Positions 54,122 through 64,000 of a stretch of DNA of 64,000 bases are shown piece by piece (the first letter of the stretch is position 1; each line of letters opens with the position of its first letter). A model generated the notes under the pieces. It made no database searches. It saw only the letters and a list, made by a program, of their open reading frames with translations, and was not told the DNA's origin. The position numbers and the translations under genes were made by a program. The DNA is from Ostrea edulis (Eukaryota), in NCBI RefSeq assembly GCF_947568905.1, contig NC_079171.1:42780001-42844000 (forward strand). Direction: 5' to 3'.

Positions 54122-54137
54122 CCACTAGAGGGCAGCA
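54122..54137 (+). promoter_or_regulatory. CTCF-consensus-like motif CCACTAGAGGGCAGCA
   Basis: Sequence match to the bilaterian CTCF core; function untested. Confidence 0.35.
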
Positions 54138-54200
54138 CTGATGCTGATGTCAGTTGGACACATTGTGTATTTTTGGTACATTGTAAGCATCAACGTTAAA

Positions 54201-54790
54201 ATGTCATCAGCAGAAAGTGAATTAAATATGGGATATCAGTTTGAACCTGATGTTACAGAGGAAGAAATTGTTTCTCAGAATAATTCTTCTTTACCAGCAA
54301 TTTATTTTAATGAGAGAGGAATTATGTATATTCAAGGGTGTCTTTCTTGTCATGAGTTTGAACATTTTGTGTCAGATTACATGGATATACACATAAAAAG
54401 CAATTCTCTACACCCATATTTTGACATGGTGTGTCTAAGTCCTGTTATAATTGATACAGCTTACATTTATCCATGGATTTATGAATCCAGAGAGGAAGGG
54501 TCTCAGAGGACTTGGATAACAACTTGTTTAACAAGTAAGAAAAACACGAAAATGAAAATACCTTCTGTATTCACATGTATTAAAATCTAAACATAACATG
54601 GTATTTCCAATTACACACACACGTGATAGAATACAGTAACAATTCTGTTGCAGGCATGTTATCAAGTTTTATGGTCTACAGACAGTTTATCAACTACATT
54701 TTGTAGGTCAGACGCGGTCAGCCTCTTGGGGGGAAAATCAGAGTAGTTTTATCCTCATTTGTTGTGACATAAATTATGGGAGCATTTCTT
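54201..54790 (+). pseudogene. P2X7-ballast-like (KolX-type) transposon accessory protein, degraded
   Basis: N-terminal GYQFEP; LHPYFDMVCLSPVIIDTA; downstream piece YRQFINY...LGGKIRVVLSSFVV*..F matching the AYRQF..W...LG..R..IPSC...IR..FP pattern. Confidence 0.65.
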
Positions 54791-55837
54791 AAAATCACTG
54801 CAATTAGAAAGAATTTCTTGAAACCTTAGATTTTGATACAGATTCAGAATAAGTAATTTTTATTAGTGTAAATAAATAATATAACTGTAAATTGCATCTC
54901 CGAAATTCATCTCTGGTCCATATACATCAATTATTGTAAAATATATCAATTGTATGCCTATATTGCAGTACTTTTATGACACAGTCACCTTAATTATCTC
55001 CAAATACTTTAAAATCTAATCAAATTAATTAATTTGGAATCTTGAAATATAACAGTACTATAGTGCTTCTGAGTAAGTTCAGAAGTTGGAGGAACTGGAT
55101 ATATTTTGTGGGAGTGTTTTCTTTTTTATCTTAATGCATTGTAATTAGATTTGATTTCAATTCTTTTTGCTCCAAAACCTTATCCATCAATTCTAATATG
55201 AATCCAATAAATTTCTGCTGTATAATAGTGACCCAGTCAACAACAGCAATGTGTCTCATCTACGTCAGAGCACAGATGCATACTGGGAAATAATGGATGA
55301 CCTCCATAAACCTTCAACTTAGAGTGTTTAATTGATCAAATCTCGTAATAGAAACAAGCAAATTAAATTCAGGCCAAACTATTTAGTTGCAGGAGGTCTT
55401 CTAAGTTTATTACGGAACATATATTTTTAACATGTTCACTTCCTTTAATGTTTCTTACTGATGTTATTGATAGTTTCAAATTCTCCACGTGGAAGTAAAC
55501 TATATTCATAACTATATATTTAGCACCTGGGATTCTGTGTGATATATCAAACATGATACACATAGTTGTTCCTTTCTCCTCTTTACACGTCATATCGTAC
55601 CCTAACGTTGCCTTTGATATCAACAACAGTGTATAATATACAGTAATACTAATTTCATTCAGGTAAAAGGAAATCAAATAAAGTATGTATTGACATATTT
55701 TGGGCACAGTACATGGTACGACAAAGGCGATACAGAATGGATATATGTTTTTTCTTATACAATGTATTTATATATGATATTTTCATGGTTTAATCAACAT
55801 GTTGAAGAAATCGACATATATCCATTATCTGTGGTGA

Positions 55838-57147
55838 TCATGGGACACATACGTCCGGTAGCACGACATTTCCTGCAAATCCATGACCGTCGTTCTTTCT
55901 ATGACCATATACCAGCAAGCCAAAGACTGCGTTGTTAGTCGTCTTGACGTTAATAGCGCCATCCGATACATGTACCACCAAAACAATGTACCGAACTTTC
56001 CTCACTGTCACAGGGGTATTAAATGTTCTCATATACTCATTTAAGCCTCTTTTGTTTAGGGTAAGGTGCGGTAACGAACTTTCGTCAATTATTAAAGCAA
56101 CATAATTACTTGTAAAATTGCTAGGAGTAACAACTGTATATTTGTTAAGGTACTGCGTTACCCCGGGTATGGTTATCATATAAGGATCGCCTGACGTGTC
56201 TGATCCAGCGGCAAAACTGGTTAAAAGAACGGGTCGTTCTGATTCAATAACTGCAACTTGGTTTTCAGTGATTGAGAATTCAAAGTATCCTTGTGGAACT
56301 AGAGACGCTGTAGTTTTCTTATTGCCAACATGATATGTCACCCTGCTTTTAAAAGGCGACACAACTTTCAGAATTGTTCCATACCTGTTTGTGTTTGACG
56401 GGACAATATACGTATTATCCAATCTTTCAACTGGTGGGATTTGTTCAACAAGATTACTACAGGCTCCAGAGTCCTTTCTGTTTTTAAAAGCTATTTTTGC
56501 ACATGCGTTCCCTGAAAACACAGCAACACGAGACGACGCTTTTATGAATGTTCCAGATAAATCAGCATTATGCCTGATCTGATAAGTCTGAAGTTCATTC
56601 AAATAAATAACCATTTCACTACCATTTTCATACTCAATCCCATCAACAGTAAGTGGTAAATTTGGTTCAATTCGGAACATAATTCTAACTTCTGTTGAGT
56701 TATTTAAGGCGGCTATTGCAAACTGAACACGGTCCAATTTTGGATTGAAACTACTAACAGTTGATATTATATAGGCATCGGATAAATGTTTCATTGGCAA
56801 AACCATGGTGCTGTCCGAAGATAATTTGTCATTATCAATAATAATTACAGAAGCGTCGATTGTGGTCTCAATAAGTATAGCTTTTTCTTCTATCTTGAAA
56901 TACGACAACATCATCGTATATTGAACATTTATCTTTTTGACATTTGCCATCTGCGTTTTAACTTCAATGTAAGTGGAAGTTGAGTCTAAGGCTTTGTTAA
57001 AAATATTAAGCTCAAAATCTCTCTCCGCCACAATGTACACCGACTTGCCTGTGTTTGCATCATCGTCATAATTATAAGGGAAACAAATCAGGTATCTCTG
57101 ATGATAAGTTCCTGCCAAAAATGCAAAATCTGGAAATTCATATTGCT
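55838..57147 (-). CDS. Copy C terminal exon: FCGBP-N (IgGFc-binding) domain, intact
   Basis: actag|AG acceptor at 57147; open frame to TGA at 55838; N-glycosylation sequons (NNST, NGSE, NFTS) and the conserved Cys pair. Confidence 0.9.
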
Positions 57148-58446
57148 CTAGTTATGTAAGATAAATAATTTAAAAAATATAATGCATTCTATAAAGTACA
57201 AATAATCTAATTTTTGCGTTGCTTTACACGAATATAGTTCATGTTGATATTGATGATATAAATAGATCAATTGGACTTTTAGTTTGACTTACCACTAGTG
57301 ACTCGTGGTTTGATGTCAATAGTACGGAAAGGCTTGTTAGGGCAAACCAACTGTGTTTGAGTTGTTCGACCTACTAAATATATAATATTTAATCAAGCTG
57401 ATAGCCAAATAAATAAGTCAATAAACTGAAAAATACAAACATTAAAAACTACTTAAAAGCATTCTTTGTCTTTCACCCCAGTTTATTGATAAAAAGCTGC
57501 AAAACCCTTTTAGATCTGTGTTTTACCAATCATTAATGTTATCAGTTAATAAATGCATTTAACATCATATCTTATATATGCTATGATTAAATATTGTACG
57601 TTATGAGTGATAACTAATAATCGAATTGTGGACCGTGTCTACTCCTTCGTTCGTCTGTATGTCATCTTTAGACACAACGTTTGTACAAGGGATTTTAATA
57701 CCATGCATCCTCTTTGGAATTGCAAAAACTAAATATGTGCCTTTACCACCATTGAACTTGAGATAACCCGCTTACTGAGGTTCAAATGTAGATAAATGCT
57801 ATCCGTAAAACGGTTGGCCTAATTTTCGGATAAGCAATTAAGTGGGAAAATGTTCTCACGTTTAATTTCATAACTGTTGAGGCATTGTTTACCTATCGCT
57901 CTATGAATCTTTGTACACTACGCATTCATTTACTGTTAACTTTCATTATAAGGTAACCAATAAACATATAAACTTCACTCGAAGTTTACCAAAAGACTTA
58001 TGAAATAGTAATTAATAAAAAAAAGAGATTTTTTAGAATTCTTTTTCAACTGTAAGGAATAAAGGGATAGTACAGAAGTACACTATTCAGCCTAAATAAT
58101 TATGGAACATGTTTCGTGAATTTTGGGGGTAAGTGTACTCTGCAGATGGGTAATAGTACGACAAAATTACATCTAACGTTTGCTGTTTATGGTCAATGCT
58201 TTCTTTCTTATGTTTCGTTGAAAGGAATATAACATAAGTAGGTAAAGGAAGTTCAATAAATCATACACAATACATGTTTAGAAACATATTTCACATTTGT
58301 TGAGGTTTAATTGTTGGGTACTTATTTTGGAATTTCCAATAAGTAAAATGAGATTGTAATGGAAATATTACAAATACAGTTCTGGGAAAGATGCATCGTT
58401 TTGTGTATAGTATATATAAAACGCTTTACATGCAAAATTGTGATAC

Positions 58447-58622
58447 CTTGTTCCCCATGTTCCTGTTCCACGTTCTGTAGAATGAGAATGGATGACAGTA
58501 TGCCGATGATGATTATTAGCACAACAATTAGTGCTATGACATAATTCCTCCTATTTTTCTTTTTTTTTTTTTGCAGCTGTATCGGTATGGGAGAAAACAT
58601 CTGATATACATTCTGTTTTCAG
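58447..58622 (-). pseudogene. Copy C transmembrane exon with a +4 nt frameshift in a poly-A run
   Basis: 176 nt versus 172 in B; 13-A run at 58560-58572; reading from the acceptor hits TAG at 58551-58553. Confidence 0.75.
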
Positions 58623-59841
58623 CTGCAATAGAAATCTCACAGAGTTGGATAGAAGTGTATAGGATATAAATAACCTGGGGATATACTATGGTTTGAAGCC
58701 ACGCCTTATCAACTACGTGTAACTGTAGCAATTATTCATTGTATGGATTTATTTTGAAATGAAGGCAAAGGTTATTGAAGAAATGTAGTTTATTGAAGAA
58801 AAAATTGTGAAATATGTTTCTGAAATAAATAGACCTCTCAGTATTATATCCTGTTTCGGAGTCTTTTCTAACTTTTGCGAGGGATTTCGAAATCAATCAT
58901 TTAACTTTAATAAGCCGTTTTGTCACGATTTTGTAGCTGCGAGCATTAAAACGAAATGCTGGAGATGTATCCGCGCATGTTTATGATGTTAGGTTTCCTT
59001 GATGTATTTATTTGAATCTTGTTTTATCTCCATTCGAAAATGTTTCCCTGATACAGAAACGTCACCAGCTGTAGATTGAATACCATAAATCATGACCAAG
59101 ACATGACACTCTGGCTCATTGCAAAGGGATATTCTTTATCAAACCAAACCTTAACGTGATTCAGAATGTGAAAGAGTGAATTTATAGAATTGTGATCAAT
59201 GTCACAATTCTTTAAAAACAAACACCAAATTAAGAGATTCAGAATAGCACAAACGCAGACCCCTGGAGAACGAGAATATTTATACCCTGAAAGGTAGCAG
59301 AAAATGCTTTTGTGAAATAAATAACTCATTTAGAATGATAGGAAAAATCTGTTCAAATTCATAAACTTTATAAGTAAATAATTGTACAGGTAAATCAATG
59401 TAAATGTAAATGATTGTACAGTTAAATAATTGTACAATTAGATAATTGTACAGGTAAATACTACTACAGTTAAATAACTGTACAGGTAAATGATTGTACA
59501 GTAAAACAATTGTACAGTTAAGTAATTGTACAATTAAATAGTCGCACATGTAAAACTTGTGCAGGTAAATAAAAGTCATATAAGTAACAATTATGCTGTT
59601 AAATAATTGCACATGTAAAACGTCTATAGGTAAATAAGTGTACAGGTAAAAAATTGTACAAGTAAATAATTGTAGAGGTAAATAATTGTAGAATTGAAAA
59701 GTGTACAAATAAATAATTGTGCATTTTGATAATTGAATAGCGATAAAGATATAAATATAACGTCTGGAACACTCGTGACATTTAGAATATATTTTTAATT
59801 TCACTTTCTAATGGTTTGAATGTTAAATGCTCGATATCTCT

Positions 59842-60026
59842 NNNNNNNNNNNNNNNNNNNNNNNNNNNNNNNNNNNNNNNNNNNNNNNNNNNNNNNNNNN
59901 NNNNNNNNNNNNNNNNNNNNNNNNNNNNNNNNNNNNNNNNNNNNNNNNNNNNNNNNNNNNNNNNNNNNNNNNNNNNNNNNNNNNNNNNNNNNNNNNNNNN
60001 NNNNNNNNNNNNNNNNNNNNNNNNNN
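59842..60026. other. N gap (185 nt) with the same flanks as 1190-1386
   Basis: Run of N. Confidence 0.99.
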
Positions 60027-61578
60027 GCACATTTCGACAAATAATGTCTTTTCAGTGATGCTCTACCGAAATGTTTGAAATCCGATATAACAATATAACA
60101 CTAAACTTGTAAGTGCTATGCAAAACTTTTTACTGAAAAATCCATTTAAAGACAAGTGAGTGGAGATGGAATTGATATATTCATGCATCATTTGTGTACG
60201 CGTATTATAGAATAATATGTAAATAATGCATGCAGTTGAAAGTAGCATTTAGAATTTTCTCCTAAAGAACTTGACAATCGATGCTCAGCAGCCTCGGTTG
60301 ACAATGGTTTCTCGAGAGGTGGAAATTTTCAATGTTATTCTCAACTGCATAAAATGTTTGTTTTATTATATTGAATGTCTTGAAATCATTGAATTTTAAA
60401 CAAAGAAAAACACCGAGGTTTGAGAATGTTAAATGAGCATCAACAAGACGGAACACTTTCGATCGTGACGTCATAACAGAATGACGCTAAACATAACGTC
60501 AAGCATAGAACAAAACAGTAAACATCAAGCGAAAATGCAAAAGAATGACAGAGCTCTTGAAAACTTGTTTCTCTGTCAGACACGCTGATAATCTTATCGG
60601 CCCAAACATTGTGTTATCGGCCCTAAGTATTTCGTGGAATTTTAAAAAGCAAATTATAATGAAAATAAAACAATGAATTAAAATATAATCAAATTTAATT
60701 TCATGTAATATTTTAGATCTGCTGTACATCTTCTTATTCTGACCACATTTTGAATCACCATCCATTTCCCTTTTATTATCGATGTGTCTACTGTCTCACG
60801 CTCTATGTTTTCCTTTCAGAAAGAATTGTTTTATTTCATTCATCATCTAAGAAGAATTGTTTTATATTCTTTTTTATCATTTAGGAGGAATGTTTTTTTT
60901 TTTTTTAATTTCTCATTCAGGAAATATGGTTTTATTTTCATTTATGGTTTATTTATTCTTTCAGTTTTAATTTTTCTTTGAAATTAACTTTGTTTACCCT
61001 TTTCAAGTTGAAATCCGTAGATCTTGTTCATACCCCGACCCGCAATTCAGTACTGAAGAACGTTGATTTCTCGAATTTATAGTTTAACTCCACTTACTAA
61101 CATCATGAACATTAAGAATTATATTTTATTTGGTACAAATAAAATATAAGTGAAATCTCAATAATTCATTCATAAATTATTACTATTTTAAAATTAATGG
61201 TTATCCCCTTCAATGTGTTTTTTTCTTCATCGTTCACATTGAAAATGGGTAACATTAACAACTTCAAGGATTATTCTGTGTCGTTGAATTAATGAATGGT
61301 GAATGTTTTTTACAACAAAAATGTACTTAGAGAAAACCAGTAATTAAATATCTCCCAAGGTTGAAACCATTTTGTTCACAAACTAGTGGAAATGCTTTTT
61401 ATTGTCAAAAAGGATAGAAGATCTATTTGGGCGTGCATTGGTGATTTCTTTTTAGAAATGTAATACTTAATGGAACAACTAAATGATAACAATGGTAAAA
61501 TAGCCTTACAATAATTTTAGAAATGGTATGGCATTGTTATCAAAACAAATGATGCATGTCATATCCTTTCATCATATA

Positions 61579-63160
61579 CTACTCAAAATTTGATAAGGAT
61601 CACTGGGTTATATGTGTGTAATTTACCACTAACATAACAAAATACATCAATTTGACTCAGAAACGTGTTTACTCAGGTTTTGAATGAAAATTCTTGAACG
61701 GCATGAACTTTTATCAATACGGAATGCTTGAAAATTGATAATATTTGAAATTTGATAACAACACCAAAAGGCATTTCATTACAAAAAGTTAACAGCAAAC
61801 CAAAAAAAGAATTACACAGTTTTTGGGGATAGTCCATCATTACACTTAGTCGATGAAGTGTCAATACCGGGTATGACCTCCCCTTGCATCAATGACGGCT
61901 TGATAACGTCGAGGCATGCTGTCAATAAGCACCCGGATGTTTCCAATGGGAATGTTGTTCCACTCTTCCACGATGGCGTTTCCGAGCTCTGCCAAAGTCG
62001 TGGGTTGTGCTCTACATCGTGAAAGGGCAACCTGCAGCATGTTTCATGCATGCTTAATCGGGTTCAAGTCCGGCGAGCGCGCTGTCCAATCCATACGGAC
62101 AATTGTCTCCTGCTGAAGGTACTGCTCCACCACCCTGGCGCGATGAGGACGGGCGTTATCATCCATCAGAATGAACTCAGGGCCAATAGCACCAGCGTAG
62201 GGTCTGACGTAAACATCGAGAATCTCATGCCGGTACCGCACCCCCGTCATTGTTCCTCTCTCCAGGACATGAAGATCTGTTCTTCCATCCCTGCTGATTG
62301 CACCCCAGACCATGATGGAACCACCACCATAACGGTCATGTTCACTGATGTTGGTATCATGGAAACGTTCACGTTGTCGTCGCCACACTCGGTGCCTCCT
62401 GTCTGTAAAGTCCAAACAATACCTGCACTCATCGGTGAACAGAACTCGAACCCAATCGTTCTGTGTCCAAGTGACATGATCTTCAGCCCAGTCCAATCGC
62501 TCCCGCCGGTGTCGAACAGTCGGACGGACTCGAAAACATGATCTCCAGTTGAGACCTGCATTGTGAAGTCGATTCCGTATCGTCTGAGTGGACACATTCA
62601 CCCCCGAGGCGTTCAGGAGGTCGCTACGTAGGCTGGTTACTGTCCAGAAGGGATGGTGTCGTGCCTGAAGAGCCACAAAATAGTCTTGCCGTTGGGTTGT
62701 TGACCTCTGACGACCACCCCCCCCCATGTCGGTGTGCTGCTGTACCAAAAGTTTGCTGTCGGTTCCAGGCCCTGTTTACAACGCTCTGGCTGACGTTTAG
62801 TGCATTTACAACGTCACGTTGTGAATAGCCAGCGTCAAGCATTCCAATACATATACCCAGTTGTTCTGTCGTCAGGCGACGCCCTACTCGTTGAGGAAGC
62901 ATTGTGTTGATAAACGTAGTGTAAACACTCAAGTGAGTTTGAAATTTTAGAAAGAATCCGATACTGATGCCTGAGTGAAAATCGTGCAATGGTAGCAAAA
63001 GCATAAACTGTGATGAGAAACGCATTTCCCATGGTATGAAATGCACGTGCAAGTTTGTTGAAGACGTTTTTGATTTCACTTGGACACAATATTGCCAGTT
63101 ATGCAGTTATTAATTTTTTAAACAGAAAAATGTCTACGATCCTTATCAAATTTTGAGTAG
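61579..63160 (-). mobile_element. Second copy of the defective Tc1 element
   Basis: Matches 2939-4520 at offset 58640, with the same lesions. Confidence 0.95.
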
Positions 63161-64000
63161 TATATTTCAGGCATTCCAATCCCTTTGACCAGTGTTCTTC
63201 AATCTCGCATGTTCCACATTTTTGTTAATATTATTGCACGTTCCTTGTTATCACTTACACATAGGTGTTTCGCCGGCATATTTATTTTATCAGCAACAAG
63301 GTGTCCACATTTATTTTACTTTTATCGTATTGACGAAACTATTGCGGGGTGGAAACTGATTTCCGGAATTAATATCACCGCAACAATTTTTTTGGGGGGT
63401 CGGACTATTAGACTAATGAGCAAACAATCCATATCGGATATTTCGCTGTTTTGTCGGCTAAACTCAAGAACTCAACTCTGGAATAGTAATATTTATCTTA
63501 TCATTTGTTATTTGGGATCCTCAATGTTGATATGACAGTTGAAAAGATCAGTTTTACCGTGCACCATATGCGCACAATTTGTTCACATGTAATGAGTACT
63601 GTTTCTTTCTAGATAAGCTTGACATGATAAAGGATTTAACACGATATACGCACGATAGGATTGTATAAATGCAAGATACGATAGGATAAACGATAAACCT
63701 GATGAGAAAAGAAATATGACCCGAAAAACGCAAAACATGATAATCGACCTTCACGATCAACGGAAAAACTTGTAGAAATGTTTCAAATTAGAAGCAATTT
63801 AGACAGTCCGAAATTTCGATAGCGAAAAAAGATTTGCACATTACAGTATGCAGATACTAATTTTGAAGGATTTCAACAATCATTATACAATTCCATGTAT
63901 TTTGCAGATCTTTTGTACACTTCCTCATTCTGTCCACATTTTGAATCACTATTCATTTCCCTTTTATCATCGATGTGTCTTCTGTCTCACTCTCTGCATT

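Larger units (their letters stand above)
53929..55444. mobile_element. Kolobok-type DNA transposon, non-autonomous (1516 bp)
   Basis: 14-bp TIRs aggaagtgaacatg / catgttcacttcct; TTAA duplication at 53925-53928 and 55445-55448; single TTAA at the paralogous empty sites (about 20253 and 36357). Confidence 0.85.
58653..64000. repeat. Near-identical segmental duplicate of 1-5360
   Basis: See the 1-5360 entry. Confidence 0.97.

Overview
AT-rich eukaryotic genomic DNA; the repeat content resembles a bivalve, probably a Crassostrea/Magallana-type oyster (inference from recalled repeat families). The window is a head-to-tail array of minus-strand genes in units of 23,546, 16,092 and 19,014 bp (anchors at 1, 23547, 39639, 58653). 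Bases 1-5360 recur almost identically at 58653-64000. Three gene copies (A about 20.7-31.3 kb, B about 36.7-46.5 kb, C 55.8-58.6 kb) and the 5' exons of a fourth (C', at 12-15 kb) are visible. Each copy has a roughly 1.3-kb terminal exon encoding an IgGFc-binding-protein N-terminal (FCGBP-N) domain and an exon encoding a polybasic stretch plus a transmembrane helix (type II topology). Upstream lies a series of homologous 63/66-nt phase-0 exons that the ORF track misses or mis-extends. In C' each small exon ends in I-Y-x-[ED], and the first codon of the next exon completes a YxxI/L motif (NIYTE|I, QIYSE|I, HIYSD|L). This suggests a family of type II FCGBP-domain receptors with a modular, splice-assembled cytoplasmic tyrosine-motif tail. 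Motif number differs between paralogs (3/1/0), the ectodomain has hypervariable patches, and each copy carries a different lesion (nonsense, altered splice acceptor, homopolymer frameshift). The rest is transposon debris: a defective Tc1 (twice), a Kolobok-type element with a P2X7-ballast-like ORF, tRNA-derived SINEs, Penelope-like, LINE, DIRS-like and Crypton-like relics, a long-hairpin element, minisatellites and three N gaps. All alignments were done by eye; no database searches were run.
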